Assembly: GCA_964016885.1 (NCBI GenBank)
Contig: OZ024743.1
Location: forward strand, 116,684,001-116,748,000
Direction of reading: 5' to 3'
Source: Eledone cirrhosa
Lineage: Eukaryota
DNA length: 64,000 bases
Shown here: positions 27,924-42,678 of the stretch, piece by piece
Layout: every line of letters begins with the position of its first letter
Numbering within the stretch: the stretch's first letter is position 1
Position numbers and translations under genes: made by a program
The notes under the pieces: generated by a model
Seen by the model: the letters and a program-made list of their open reading frames with translations, nothing else
The model's database searches: none
Told to the model about the DNA's origin: nothing

Positions 27924-28664
27924 TATATATTTAATATGTGTGCGTATGCATGTGTGAGTGTGTGTGTATGAATGTGTGTATGAATGTGTGTGTGTGTGTT
28001 TTGTGTTACCGATTACACCAAAACGCTTAGGCTAGCGCACGTCATTTCAAATATCTCAATCGATAGATTTTTTTTCAATATACCATAGACGATGTAGGTA
28101 ATATATAGAGTGTTGTAAATTAAAATCAAGTATGTTAGGTGAAGCTATCTTGCAAAAGACATTATGTGAATGTTAAAGAAATGGCAAGACATTAAAAACT
28201 TGGCTAGTGGAATACGTAATTGCTTTCCAAAGCAGAGTCATTTCTATATCTAAAAACATTACGTTAAAGTCAAGAGATTTCCATTATAGAATAGTGTGTT
28301 CATTATAGGGATTCAGTGTATAGTGTTTTAAGAAGAATCAATAGGCACAACTATGATATATATTTGGATAGTCCCGTTATCTATTTTAATAGCCCCGTTA
28401 TCTATTTGAATAGTTAACTGGCTTGTAATGGGTAAAATGTTTTGGTACATCGTATTTTGGGAGGAATCAATAAAATGAATATTGTTATCTATCTGGATGG
28501 CTGAATGGCTTATATGTTAGGAAAGTTTTGAGATTTGCGTATAAACCAAATGACGCGTTCAGAATTCATATTAAATAAAGGTATTTCCAGTTTTTCAACC
28601 GTAAATAGATCGCTATTGTGTGGTTAAGCAATTTCTGCAATATTGCGTTTTATATCGTTGAAGC

Positions 28665-28714
<50 letters not shown>

Positions 28715-28852
28715 TATATACATATATATATTATAAATGATGCCCAAACACATATGAATATATATATATATATATATTGTTTTCTGTTTTACTGTCGCAA
28801 CTATAACACACACACATATTTATTTATATATATATATATATATGTGTGTGTG

Positions 28853-28985
28853 TAAAGGTAAACAGAAATAACAACACAATCGGTACAGTATATGGAAGGA
28901 ATATATTAGGTTAACGCTTGAAATAGCAGGAAGAGAGTCTTAAAGTTTGGACGCTATTCCTTCATCAGAAGAAAGAATGAGAAAT
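28853..28985 (-). mobile_element. pLTR-like fragment with degenerate hammerhead; second copy at 23105-23213
   Basis: Shared ATATTAGGTTAACGCTTGAAATAGCAGGAAG; reverse complement has CTGATGA-AGGA atagcg TCC-AAAC (GAAA damaged). Confidence 0.55.
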
Positions 28986-29430
28986 TAGATAGATTGAAGG
29001 GACGGGGCGTGGTGGAATTAGAAAAAGTTGTTTTTAGAGAAAAATAACAGATGCATTCATGTTGCTATCTCTTGGAAAACTGTTGATGCTGGCGTTTTGT
29101 GTATGATGTATATTTTCTTTTAGAAAAGTAGATGATGGAGCACGTTCTACCTAAAATGGAAAAAAAACGTTTTGTATTTTGAGCTATACTTGTGCGCGCG
29201 TGTGTGTATATGTGTGTGTGTGTGTGCGTGCGTGTGTGCATGCGTGTGTGTGTATGTGTGTACAAGGTACATAAGTTATTTGAGGACAGATTCATATTCA
29301 TATAAAAACAGATATATAATAACAAATGATAACTTAATTATTATAAAATGCTATAATTATAAAAATAAATCATCTTCTATATAATTGTTTCTACTATTGG
29401 CACAAGGCCAGCAATTATCCAAGTGCATTA

Positions 29431-29587
29431 CTGTATGTTTATTTAAAACACTTTTTGAAGGCCTTGCGTTATGAATTTAAGATAGTAACTAGCGTTACAA
29501 CCTAGCTTCTGAGGCCAGGTATGTGACGTTAGTCTATCTAAAATTCATACATAAATGCCTCCAAAATGGCTTAAAATAAACATACAG
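29431..29587. mobile_element. MITE-like palindromic element with TA flanks
   Basis: TA-CTGTATGTTTATTT ... AAATAAACATACAG-TA; imperfect inverted symmetry throughout; truncates a SINE. Confidence 0.6.
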
Positions 29588-29646
29588 TATATTATTTTAA
29601 ATATATAATACGTACATTCATATATTGAACGCTATTTCAGAGCACC

Positions 29647-29775
<129 letters not shown>

Positions 29776-29870
29776 CATATACATATATACATATATATAC
29801 ATATATATATATATATACACATACACACACACACATATTTAAATATATTTATATATTTATATATATAACA

Positions 29871-30068
29871 TAATTGTTTCTACTTTTGGTACAAGGCCAG
29901 CAAATTAACCAGTGTATTACTGGTACTTTATTTTATCGACCCCGTAAGGATGAAAGGCAAAGTTAACCTCGGCGGGATTTGAAATCAGAATGGCAAGGGC
30001 AGTAACTCTATGCGTCAAAGCATGGCGCCCGGCTGTCAATTCACCCGATACTGTCAATTCACCGCCCT
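29871..30068 (-). mobile_element. tRNA-derived SINE
   Basis: Shared core TCGACCCCGTAAGGATGAAAGGCAAAGTTAACCTCGGCGGGATTTGA. Confidence 0.85.
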
Positions 30069-30084
30069 CATCTTCTTTATAATG

Positions 30085-30385
30085 TTATTCAATAAAGCCA
30101 TTTTCAGCTTTAATAACTGCTTCTATGCGAGATAGGAATCGTCTACACGCTCGAATTAAATGGACCTGGTTCATATTAGACATTACTCTGATTATGGTGG
30201 CTTTCAAAGTATCTGTGAGGTTATGGGGTGTTCATTGACCTCTTGCTCAACAACGCTTTACATGTCGTAGTCCAATGGATTGAGATCTGGAGGAGTTAGG
30301 AGGCTAAATGTTAGGTGTTATGTGATCATAAAAATATTAAGCCACCCATACCTACGTGAGCCTTGTGTGGTGGTGCAGTGTCTTA
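30085..30385 (-). pseudogene. Tc1/mariner (DD37D maT-like) transposase C-terminal remnant
   Basis: Translates (with lesions) as DTAPPHKA...PPNS-PDLNPLDY..SVVEQEVNEHPHN...IRACRRFLSRIEAVIKAENGFIE*. Confidence 0.8.
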
Positions 30386-31149
30386 CAGAAGCACATATGG
30401 CCTTCCATTACATGCACTGTCTATCCAGGGCTTTAAAAATGTTTCCAGGACCTCAATTAGAAGAATTAGAAAGAACACTAACAATAATGAAGTTATGGAT
30501 AACCATAATAGATATGTCCAAACAAGATCTTATAATAATCATCCACTTAAGCTTCCACATTTGTCACATGTTAAGTCCAACCCCTAACAATTATATGACT
30601 TTTAATCTCCTGAAGTTTAGTCATTGTAAATCTTGTAACAATAGCAATGGATAATAATTGTGTTCCACCAGAAAAGTTTTATCAATGAGAAAAAGCTAAT
30701 ACTCTAACGCTGGCTAGAGAGACTAATTGTAGGACGCCAGGAACCAAGTTTAATCAACCATAGAGCAAACAAATGGCTTCTAATATAGCAAATATATTTT
30801 TATGAGATACTATAGAAAAACGTTCACCAAACCTCTTAGTGTTAAAAGTTATTAAATAAAAACACGAACAAACTATCGTTCTCAAATACCTCCAGCTTAG
30901 CCTCTAGTAGTAACATATATCTTGTTCTTTTTAACACTTCCACTTGCTACAAACTCCGCAGTCTTTGTTGTTCACTTTTCTAGCAGCGACCTGGGGCTTA
31001 GTAGACGCATTTTATTTTATCTCTCTGAACTGTCTGTCTATCTAATCTATTCGTTTCTCACACAAACATCATACTAACATGTTTATTTCTCTGTTGCATG
31101 AGCCCATTATTTTACGTGATATCTTTTAGTTAAATTCGTGAGGTTAGAA

Positions 31150-31440
31150 TATCTCAGTAAAGAATCGCTGGACAGATTTTACTGATAAACGGCAGGAGAC
31201 CCATGGGTAAACTCCAAGCAAGATTGTTGGATAACATCCATGAGCTTGGTTGGTTTCGTTTGGGATCAGTTGGAGACAGTTGCTTCTGACAGGGCCCACT
31301 GGATGGAGTGTTTGAGGACTCAGCCTCCACGACCCTCTCAGAAATAATTGGGCGGGGAAGAAGAAGGAAAAGAAGAAGGAGGGTGTGGAAGAAGAAGAAG
31401 AAGAAGAAGAAGAAGAAGAAGAAGAAGAAGAAGAAGAAGA
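31150..31440 (+). mobile_element. 3' end of RTE-clade LINE with (GAA)n tail
   Basis: RIAGQILLINGRRPMGK..LDNIHELGWFRLG / VASDRAHWMECLRTQPPRPSQK* followed by (GAA)n. Confidence 0.7.
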
Positions 31441-31788
31441 CAAAGCAGGATTGACAAAATTTCAGTTGTTTATAAAGATCTGTGTAAATGCTGAAATATT
31501 CAACCATTAACGAGATAACTCTACTGTATAATTACGTTAGGGAATTAACATATGTTGTTTCCACTCAATTAATCAATAGAATTGAGAATATAAATTAATT
31601 AAAGAATACATTTTAAATCCCAGAACAAGTATTACATTCTTTATCATTAAAAACGAATTTGTGCATTCTTAACTCAAGGTATTTTTTTTTATTTATAGGC
31701 GATAACGATGTAACTAAATTGTGTTCACACACACACACACACACACACACAAACAAACAAACAACCCCCCCCCCACACACACACACAC

Positions 31789-31830
<42 letters not shown>

Positions 31831-32073
31831 GTGAGGTTTTTTTTTACAAAATGAAAAATAACCGAGGTGTCCTACACGAGTGGAAGTATAAAGAAAAAGG
31901 GATGAAATCGAAAATGCAACTGAAGTCTTATTTTTTTAAAAATATATATATTTATTTGGTTCCTTTACCGGTTTCGCAGTTCTTCTGCTTTTCAAAAGGT
32001 GAGTTGAGATGGAGGGTCTGTGGTTTTTCTCACATCTGAATGAGAAAAAAATTGAAAAATAAATACTGCGACG

Positions 32074-32123
<50 letters not shown>

Positions 32124-32154
32124 CGTCGCAGTATTTATTTTTCAATTTTTTTTT

Positions 32155-33145
32155 TATTTGAAAACAACGTGTGTTGAAACAATTATTGTTATATTTTGGG
32201 AGAGTCATACTCTCAAAGAAAGATGCACGCACCTTTTGGTTTCATTTCAATGTATTATTACAATTTCCCACTCGGTTTGGTTAATAACCAGGAGGTTTGT
32301 TTAATTGCTGATTGTTAGCAAAGCTCTTTCGTCACACATTCTATGACCTCCTCAGTGTCTACTTTTTGTTGTTATTTTGTTGTTTTACACCGTCTTGTTC
32401 TTGGGATGCACATGTGTTATATCGGTGTTTGTGTGTGTATGTGTATCTTTTATATTTTTGATTAATTGATTTGTTGTTTTTTTAATCTATGCATTTATTT
32501 ATTTATTTTCTCTCTTTCCTACTTGTCACTAGTTGAGTACTTGTTATATTTGTGCGCCTCCTATTTATCTTATTAGTCTTTATATATTTTTATATTGTCC
32601 TTGGTTATTTCGTTGTGAGGTTGCTATTCCACTCGTGCTTTCTATTTAGTTTTGGTCGAAGTTCGTTTATGTTTGTTGCTTTAGTAATCTGTAGGAGCAT
32701 TACGTCTGTTCTATGTGTAGATATTATTTTGATTTCCATGTTCTCTAGTGAGGTTCCACTTATCATTCTGTCATGTTGGTGGAGTACTGATGAGTTTTTC
32801 TCATCTTGGAGTTCTCACTAGTGTTTATTTATCCTTTCTCCTATGCTACAGGCCGTCTGAAGTATGTATATCGTGTTCCTATTGGTACTATGTCCCTCTG
32901 TCCACCTTATGTTATATACTATGTTCCGCGTTTTACGAATGATTTGTGGGATTAATCTGCAGATTATGAATTTTCTATCGGTGCAGGGTTTTTTCTTAAA
33001 ATGGTTCGTTCTGCAAATCAGGTTTTCTATGGGAATACCTGTTTTTTCTAAAATCTTAACATTTAATTTGTCTTTTGTCTAGATCCCTTCTAAATCTGTG
33101 TTAGTTCGCTTCAGGAGGGAGAATCGACGAATATCATACTCTGGA
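32155..33145 (-). mobile_element. Diverged 5'-truncated copy of the 8-13 kb Penelope-like family (GIY-YIG + pLTR)
   Basis: KLNVKILEKTG...KTRNIVYNIR...TIYILQTACSIGERINKH; pLTR with CTGAGGA-GGTCATAG..GTGAC-GAAA at ~32325-32360. Confidence 0.8.
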
Positions 33146-33249
33146 TTTTGTTGATATGTTCTAATATGAGCTCCGTGTCTAAGTGTCTGTCATTGCTGGA
33201 TGGATTTTCATGTACGTTGTGTTGTGAAGTATGGCATGTGTTGTGTACG

Positions 33250-33420
33250 TAGAGGGTCGGACGCCATGCTTTGCAGCACAGTTACGTGCATTTACGGACT
33301 GTGTTCAAATCCCGCCGAGGTTAACTTTGCCTTTCATCCATACGGGGTCGATAAAATAAAGTACCAGTAATGTTCTGGGTAATTGTTGGCCTTGTGCAAT
33401 ACGTAGAAACAATTATTATT
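33250..33420 (+). mobile_element. tRNA-derived SINE
   Basis: Box B GTTCAAATC, shared core, (ATT)n tail. Confidence 0.85.
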
Positions 33421-34873
33421 GTCATTTGTGTTGTTATTATCATTGTTTGGGGTGTTGATGCTTCCAGTAGAAAAAAACGGGAATGCATTCTAATACAAGA
33501 AATAAGTAAGATCACTATATCAAAGAAAACACAGAATACATGATAATTATCCCTTAAGAAGAAAAATACATCATACAGAAATGTAATAAACATGTGAACA
33601 AAGCAAATTAGCGGGCTCAAACAAATAAATCTAAGACAAGAAACTTCAGAGAAGAAAAAGAAATACCCAGATCGATGGGTCTCCAGAGAAAGTTGGATAG
33701 AATGCCTTTTGCTACTTGGTTAGGCATCCGAACGTTTACAGCAGAACAACGTTGCTCAGACATCCGAACAATTCCAACAGAATAATCTTTATTTATTGCA
33801 CTCTCGGGTGTTGGTGGTAAATAAGGTGACTGATTGTGTCTGCCACCCTAGTATTAAAATGCAAAGAATCGAATATATGTCACAAAATATTTTGTTAAAT
33901 GTTCCAAAAATTTCAGAAATCTATTGTTTTATACTGGTACCTTATTTCATGAGCTTCGAAAGGATGTAAGGAATAGTTGGCTACAGCCTAATCTGAAATC
34001 AGAGCACAGTGAGTCGGAACAAACACCACAAGGCATTAGCTTTTTCACTCGACCATTTCTGCTAATTCGGTGACTTAGGATGATCATATTTGGGATGGGG
34101 GGGGGGGGTGAGACCTGCAGCTAATACTTATCATATCAACTTTGATTAATGAAAATCCAAGCTTAAATTCGATGGAATTTGAACGTGAAAGGAACTTACC
34201 TGTTCCTCTGTGGTTTCTAACACCTGTTTTATTTCACAGAACATCATTTCCCAAAGTTATAACAGTAAAGAAGGAAATAAATCTTATAATTTTTAAATTA
34301 CTAATACGTCTTCCTTGGGCGATAACACATTCCATACATTTAAAATGTCAAAAAAGTCATTCATTTTATTCATAGCAAAGAAAAAAGAAACGCAACTTCC
34401 TCCATTCAGAACTTCGACAGGGAAGGGAAATTAAATATATATACATACATATTGTTTTCGTTTCTATCAATTATTTATTTTGTCTAGTTATATTGTAAAC
34501 ACCTCCACTCAGACTCGTACGTCAAAACATCTGTTTGCGTTCACATATAGATATATATATCGATATGTGTGTTTTTGTAAGTTTATATGTTTTATTGTAA
34601 CATATCATCTGAAGAAGTGAATAGAATAGACTATACGGTTTCGATTCGCATAAATAGCCCTTTCCAAGACATCACCAATAAAGGAGTTTTAACTCCTGGT
34701 GGAGGCGTGCATTGCCCTAGACTTTTCTAACTTATTTTGAGTAAGGCAAAAACTGCACGAAGGACCATGAAATGGACTATTTCTGCCATTTCAAAGTGGT
34801 AATATGTATAAAAAAAGGAAAACACACTCAAATATGTATATGTATGTATACATACATATACACCCATATATAA

Positions 34874-34920
<47 letters not shown>

Positions 34921-34925
<5 letters not shown>

Positions 34926-36048
34926 ACAGTAAAATAGTTAACTTCCTAGACGTAACCCTTAATTAAAACTCAGGCCTATATTGCCCCTTCCATAAACCCA
35001 ATGAAAACCTAAATTATGTTAGTGTTTATACTTAATCATCCTACATGTGTTAAAAATGCAATAGTCAATAGTGTTCAACAACGTTTAACTAGATTATCTG
35101 CTAACAAATCCATTTTTAACAGTAAAACTGTATATTATAATGAAGCGTTACATAAAGCAGGATATAAAAATACTATTGAATATGTAGAAAATAATAATTG
35201 TAATTATAAACAAAATATTCATAACAATAGGAATAATATAAATAAAACTGACTGTAAAAATAGCAATTTCGAGAATAAATCAGTGAAAATAATTAGAACT
35301 AGATCTATTATTTGGTATGCCCCACCTGCATCTTTAGCTATTAAAACACCTTTAGCACATTTATTTTTTAAAGCCTTGGATAAATGTTTCCCTAGAACAC
35401 ATAAATATTACTCTATCTTCAATAGACACACAGTTAAACTTTCTCACTTTAACAACTATGAATATGGCTCAAAATATTGCAAAAATAAATAGCAGAATTC
35501 TAAGTTCTCACCAACATATAATTATCCCTCTCTTCTTTCTTTCTTTTCCTTATGCAGTTATATATTCTACCATCTCTATCTCCCTCTCTTTGTTTTTATC
35601 TTCATCTACGTATTCTTATTCCCTTTCTCTTCTATTTAGCTCTCTCTCTCATTTGTTTTTTTCTCTAATACGCATATTTACATATTTCATTGGATACGGT
35701 GAACCACGAATATCTAAATATTTAACATTTATGTACTTATGTGTTTACGTAGTTATTTATTTTATTTATGTATTTATTTTTTCTACACTTTCTCCTACTC
35801 ACCCTCTCCATTATATTTAGTTTGTCATGTTAGTACTTGTGGTATGTAAATATTGAGTTTTGTTTTAATTAATCACTGCCAAGACTGGAATTTAACCATC
35901 AACACAGTTGCGGTATGTCATACATCAATTTATGTATTTTATCTGATGACTCGTACTGAAAAAAACAGCACAGTATCTCAGAAATATATACTCGTATAAT
36001 AAAATATATTTTGATTACGTAAATGTCTACATTTATTAATATTTTGAA

Positions 36049-36055
<7 letters not shown>
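34921..36055 (+). mobile_element. Fragment of a third Penelope-like family (RT thumb/linker) plus pLTR
   Basis: VNFLDVTL..PFHKPN..NHP..RLTRLS..YNEALHKAGY..IIWYAPP..IFNRHTVKLS; hammerhead near 3' end; (TA)n flanks. Confidence 0.8.
35932..36009 (+). ncRNA. Type I hammerhead ribozyme
   Basis: ATGTATTTTAT-CTGATGA-..GTACTG..CAGTAT..-GAAA-TAT..GTA-TA-ATAAAATATAT. Confidence 0.7.
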
Positions 36056-36092
<37 letters not shown>

Positions 36093-36185
36093 TTTGATAA
36101 CATTTTCTTGTTTCTTTTTCTGGCCTTACAGAGAATATCGGGGATTCTGTTGCTGCCCTTCGTGGTTCACCGTATACAATGAAAT

Positions 36186-36556
36186 ATAATTGTTTCTACT
36201 TTTGGCACAAGGCCAGCAATTATCCCAGTGTATTACTGGTACTTTATTTTATCGACTCCGTAAGGATGAAAGGCAAAGTTAACCTCGGCACGATTTGAAC
36301 TCAGAACATTAAGGAATGTAACTCTTTGCTGTAAAGCATGGTGTCCGACCCTCTACCGATACTGCCAATCCATATAATTGTTTCTACTTTTGGTACAAGG
36401 CCAGCAATTACCCAGTGCATTACTGGTACTTTATTTTATCGACCCCGTAAGGATGAAACGCAAAGTTAACCTCGGCGGGATTTGAACTCAGAATGGCAAG
36501 GGCCGTAACTCTATGCGTCAAAGCATGGCGTCCGACCCTCTACCGATACTGCATCC
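36186..36556 (-). mobile_element. Two head-to-tail tRNA-derived SINEs
   Basis: Copies ~36186-36372 and ~36374-36556; flanking near-duplication ATACAATGAAATA / ATATAATGAAATA. Confidence 0.85.
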
Positions 36557-37327
36557 ATATAATGAAATAGAAAAGAACGTCGAAATTGTTCTAGATCACC
36601 GACTTGTAAATAGAGATGTTATTCTACGATAAGTTAATTCAATTGCATAAAGGAAAAACAATATTTCACGGGTTGATTAATTGAAATGAAAATATTTTTC
36701 CTTTCACCTTGTGTATTAACATGATATATACGTCCCTATATATTGACAAAAAGAACGATCTCACTCTGATATAAGTCTAAACCCATTGTCTAATCAATAT
36801 TACAAATAAACCAATTCAGATCCATTCTATTCACATGAAACCAGGCAAAGAATAGCCAAAGCAAAAAAATATATGTACGCTCTCATTTCTTTTATTCTAA
36901 AATGTAAAATGTTTTTTATATATGTTTAGTATATTTTTTCTTTCCTTATTGAAAGGTGCTTTTTTGTTATCGTGCTGACACGATATAGATATTACCATAT
37001 TAGTTTTATAGAAATTCAATAGCAGTCTAGCTAGTGTAAGTTGTACATTATTAAGTCCTACTTCAGTTTTCGAACCGTCCATGGAATTCAAATAGAAAAG
37101 GTTATTTACCGACTACTATAACGTTATTTTTCGATTTCCTTAAGCTTGCTTACAAATACAGTAAACATACGATATAGATTTGTTCTTGTCTGGCGAAGGT
37201 AATAAGAGGCTGGTTGTTCCATTCTAAAGAAAAACTGGAAGGAATTTTCAAAATGTAAACAATCAATTGCAAAATAGAGTGATTATCACAAAGCCATGCA
37301 AGATATGGTCCAATATAATACGTGTCA

Positions 37328-37660
37328 TATCCAAGATAAAGTGTTTCGACTAAAACAAAACTAATTGCGTGTAAGAAATATATATATGTACATATATATA
37401 TTTCTTACATCCAAGATAAAGTGTTTCGACTGAACCAAACCTATATGCGTGTAAGAAATTTAAATATGTACATACACACATATATATATATATGTACATA
37501 TATATATTTCTTACACGCAATTAGTTTTGTTTTAGTTGAAACACTTTATCTTGGATGTAAGAAATATATATATGTACATATATATATATTTCTTACACGC
37601 AATTAGTTTTGTTTTAGTTGAAACACTTTATCTTGGATGTAAGAAATATATATATGTACA
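37328..37660. repeat. ~80 bp unit twice direct then twice inverted; longer inverted copy at 38490-38625
   Basis: ATCCAAGATAAAGTGTTTCGACT..GCGTGTAAGAAAT and its reverse complement; 37247-37380 is mirrored at 38490-38625. Confidence 0.8.
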
Positions 37661-37674
37661 TATATATATATTTA

Positions 37675-38485
37675 TAAGTATGTATACGTACATACATATA
37701 TGTATACAGACGTACAGTAGTATGTAAATATATACATACATGCAGACATATATATATGTACGTATGGATTCACCAAACATTTATTATAATGCTCGGTGTG
37801 TTTGTAAAGAAACATCCCGAATTAAGCCGTACAGTGTCTAGCAACCATCGTTGTTCATTTGTTCAACACTGATAAAGGAACGCTGTACTAGTTTCAAGCT
37901 TATTAGCTATCGTCAGCAACGTATACCATCCTGCCAGATGGTTGAAGGTCTGAAAGTATATACTTTCCCTATGCATATTAACGGCTGAGCAGCCTAATTT
38001 GCATATCGAGTGAGTTAATCGGCCGGGGCACCGAAAACGATTAACGGAAAAAATGAAACGAAATTTCATTTCTCACTCTTAGTACGGCTGTACTTAAATA
38101 TAAGTATGTATTCGTACATACATATATGTATACAGACGTACAGTAGTATGTATATATATACATACATGCACACACATATATATATGTACGTATTGATTCA
38201 ACGAACATTTATTATAATGCTCGGTGTGTTTGTAAACAAATATCCCGAATTAAGCGTACAGTGTCTAGCAACCATCGTTGCTCATTTGTTCAACACTTAC
38301 AAAGGAACGCTGTACTAGTTTCAAGCTTTGAATCCATACGTACATATATATATGTGTGCATGTATGTATATATATACATACTACTGTACGTCTGTATACA
38401 TATATGTATGTACGTATACATTCTTATATTTAAGTAACAGCGTACTAAGAGTGAGAAATGAAATTTCGTTTCATTTTTTCCGTTT
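37675..38485 (-). mobile_element. Tandem octamer-TATA-hammerhead repeat, subfamily B (~427 bp period) ending in a fold-back
   Basis: HHR 37880-37922 (CTGACGA core), octamer 37997-38004, second unit broken inside the HHR at ~38328 then inverted. Confidence 0.85.
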
Positions 38486-38674
38486 ATATACATTTCTTAC
38501 ACGCAAATAGTTTTGTTTTAGTCGAAACACTTTATCTTGGTTGTGATACGTATTATATTGGAGCTTATCTTGCATGGCTTTGTGATAATCACTCTATTTT
38601 GCAATTGATTGTTTACATTTTGAAAAAAATATATATACATATATACATATACTGTATATAAAAAAAAAAAATAT

Positions 38675-38823
<149 letters not shown>

Positions 38824-38832
38824 ATGTTCTTC

Positions 38833-38952
<120 letters not shown>

Positions 38953-38973
38953 CATATATATATATATATATAC

Positions 38974-39022
<49 letters not shown>

Positions 39023-39079
39023 ATAATATATGTATATACATATATGTAAACATATACATAATTATATATATATATATAT

Positions 39080-39132
39080 ATAAGTATGCATGTATACGTA
39101 CATACATATATGTATACAGACGTACAGTAGCA

Positions 39133-39163
<31 letters not shown>

Positions 39164-39623
39164 CTATATATACATATATACATATATATGCATACAGGTA
39201 CACATACATATATGCACGTATCAGTTTAGCGGACGCTTATTATAACGCCGCTTTGTTCGTTTGTAAACAAACTGAACAGCCTGAATTTATGCCATACGGT
39301 GTTAAGGCAACCACGTCACCTTTTTGTTCAACACTGACACAGGAACGATGTACTAGTTTCAAGCTTGTTAGCTATCATCAGCACCGTTTACCCATCTGCC
39401 AGATAGTTGAACGTTCGAAAGTATATACTTTCCTTATGAAAATTAACGGCTGAGCAGCCTAATTTGCATATTGAGTGAGTTAAATCGGTCAGGCATACCG
39501 AAAACGAGAAATTGAAATAAAATGAAAACGAAATTTCATTTCTCACTCTTAGTATGGCACTTACTTAAATGTAAGTATGCATGTATACGTACATACATAT
39601 ATGTATACAGACGTACAGTAGCA

Positions 39624-39705
<82 letters not shown>

Positions 39706-40411
39706 TACATATATATGCATACAGGTACACATACATATATGCACGTATCAGTTTAGCGGACGCTTATTATAACGCTGCTTTGTTCGTTTGTAAACAAACT
39801 GAACAGCCTGAATTTATGCCATACGGTGTTAAGGCAACCACGTCACCTTTTTGTTCAACACTGACACAGGAACGATGTACTAGTTTCAAGCTTGTTAGCT
39901 ATCATCAGCACCGTTTACCCATCTGCCAGATAGTTGAACGTTCGAAAGTATATACTTTCCTTATGAAAATTAACGGCTGAGCAGCCTAATTTGCATATTG
40001 AGTGAGTTAAATCGGTCAGGCATACCGAAAACGAGAAATTGAAATAAAATGAAAACGAAATTTCATTTCTCACTCTTAGTATGGCACTTACTTAAATGTA
40101 ATTATGCATGTATACTCAATATGCAAATTAGGCTGCTCAGCCGTTAATTTTCATAAGGAAAGTATATACTTTCAAACGTTCAACTATCTGGCAGATGGGT
40201 AAACGGTGCTGATGATAGCTAACAAGCTTGAAACTAGTACATCGTTCCTGTGTCAGTGTTGAACAAAAAGGTGACGTGGTTGCCTTAACACCGTATGGCA
40301 TAAATTCAGGCTGTTCAGTTTGTTTACAAACGAACAAAGCGGCGTTATAATAAGCGTCCGCTAAACTGATACGTGCATATATGTATGTGTACCTGTATGC
40401 ATATATATGTA

Positions 40412-40449
<38 letters not shown>

Positions 40450-40558
40450 TGCTACTGTACGTCTGTATACATATATGTATGTACGTATACACACATACTT
40501 ACATTTAAGTAAGTGCCGTACTAAGAGTGAGAAATGAAATTTCGTTTTCATTTTATTT

Positions 40559-40560
<2 letters not shown>
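39080..40560. mobile_element. Tandem octamer-TATA-hammerhead repeat, subfamily A: two units (-) plus one inverted unit (+)
   Basis: HHRs at 39345-39387 (-), 39872-39914 (-) and 40203-40245 (+), all with CTGATGA core; 527 bp period including a (TA)n tract. Confidence 0.9.
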
Positions 40561-40632
<72 letters not shown>

Positions 40633-40638
40633 TATATA

Positions 40639-40900
40639 TATCACATAAGCAACGGAGAATCAGTCATGCGACGAATTAGAATTTATTAGACATATTACAA
40701 TCGTTTCTCTGGCGACCAGAATAGTCTCTAGCAAATGGAAACTCTACTTCAAGAGATTGAGGCGTATCTGAAGAACTTACGATTCCAGAGTCAGGTTCGA
40801 TCGCCGCATCGATCGGGCCTTGAGCTGGTCACCAGAGAAACGATTGTAATATGTCTAATAAATTCGTCGCACCACTGATTCTCCGTTTCTTATCTGATAT
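40639..40900. repeat. Inverted duplication with hammerhead (40761-40855, +) with long stem II
   Basis: Arms 40639-40719 and 40825-40900; GGCGTAT-CTGAAGA-(~60 nt)-GAAA-CGATTG-TA-ATATGTC. Confidence 0.75.
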
Positions 40901-41031
40901 TATACTCTGCTTTGTAAGAGCATCGAGTGCGCAAACGGCATATCACATACGGTGGCTTTAAGCATCCCACACCAAATATATTTTATATATATATATATTA
41001 GGATTGTTGCTCTGAAATAGCTATCTATACA

Positions 41032-41387
41032 TGAATGCATGTATAGTATATTTGGCAATATACCGTATGTTTAATTAAAAACATTTTGAGACCATACCCT
41101 ATCGGTTTAAACTAGTGACTATGTCAATTACTTCTGGACCGGCAATCGCTTTGAATAATCAGCTGCTGAATATTACTGGATTTCTATAAGAATCCAGTTT
41201 CTATAATTTTCGCCGAAAGCGGGGGGATGCGTGGCTCTGATGATCGCCAACAGACTGTTATCTTCTCTTCCTTCTTTCGCCGAAAAGAAGCATGTGACAT
41301 AGTCACTGCCTTAAAACCGATAGCGTATGTTCTTCAAAATGTTTTTAATTCAACATACGGTATATTGCCAAATATACTATACCCACA

Positions 41388-41391
<4 letters not shown>
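41032..41391. repeat. Inverted duplication with degenerate hammerhead
   Basis: Arms ~41032-41126 and 41294-41391; GTGGCT-CTGATGA...AGTCAC stem I, but GAAA/stem III unclear. Confidence 0.65.
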
Positions 41392-41474
<83 letters not shown>

Positions 41475-41487
41475 CATATATATGTAT

Positions 41488-41563
<76 letters not shown>

Positions 41564-41611
41564 ATATACATATATATAATATGATAAGTTTGCACCCATC
41601 ATTTATATATA

Positions 41612-41837
41612 TGACGAAAGAACTTTGACAATATATAAACAACCATCTGGTTGTGGAACCAACCAACCAATCGGACATTTATAAATTCCTATATTTATAC
41701 ATTTATTATAATAAATTGAAGTGAAAGCAGCTGGTGCGTGTGTTTCTCATTGGCAACATGACCCTCCCAAAGTATAACAATATCGGTTTCAACACAAATT
41801 TTCAGATAAAGAATCTTGCTAAACAAATTCAGAAACG

Positions 41838-41840
<3 letters not shown>
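41612..41840 (+). mobile_element. Penelope pLTR fragment (8-13 kb family)
   Basis: GACGAAAGAAC...ATGACCCTCCCAAAGTATAACAATATCGG..CAAATTCAGAAACG; ends at the same point as the copy at 8057. Confidence 0.85.
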
Positions 41841-41896
<56 letters not shown>

Positions 41897-41917
41897 TCGT
41901 TTCTGAATTTATATATA

Positions 41918-42067
<150 letters not shown>

Positions 42068-42582
42068 TATATAAATGATGGCTGCAAACTCTGCTAAGGG
42101 TACACTGCAATTGCTTGTAGGATTATAGAATTTGGTACACTTTTAGGCTACAGCCAGTCACACAAACCTGAACAGGCAATACCTGTGCTTTGAATGTTTT
42201 CTTAAGTGGGGAAAGGACTTGCACTCAACCAATCCCACTCCCTGTCCATCGAAAGAACTAGTCAACATCAGCGGATGCTTCCGAAGCTGCAGATTCTTTT
42301 TCCGAGTTTTCGTCCCCTAGAAAGGTGTTGTGACAACAACTGGGGCCTTTCACTCCCAGGTGAAAAGAAACAAAAAAAGTACTATTTCGATAGCCGTTGA
42401 CTCTGCTGAGTTCCTCCGCCCTTCGCCGGATCTTGTATCTCATCCCACAGGCTGTCCAAATATCACCCTCCTCCCAAGCACACTTGGTGGGGTGCTGGTT
42501 TAGTGGCCGACGACCAGACCATGAGACATGTTCTACTGGTTTACATGTTAACAGTAGCACTCGAGAGCGACATGACATATAA

Positions 42583-42674
<92 letters not shown>

Positions 42675-42678
<4 letters not shown>

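Noticed and set aside
34605-34660. CTGAAGA followed by a hairpin as a hammerhead
   Set aside because: GAAA and cleavage site are missing; too degenerate to call
39253-40337. Repeated 66 aa [15 protein letters not shown]...
   Set aside because: Antisense to the hammerhead unit, has a non-ATG start and is not maintained in subfamily B; repetition reflects the DNA repeat
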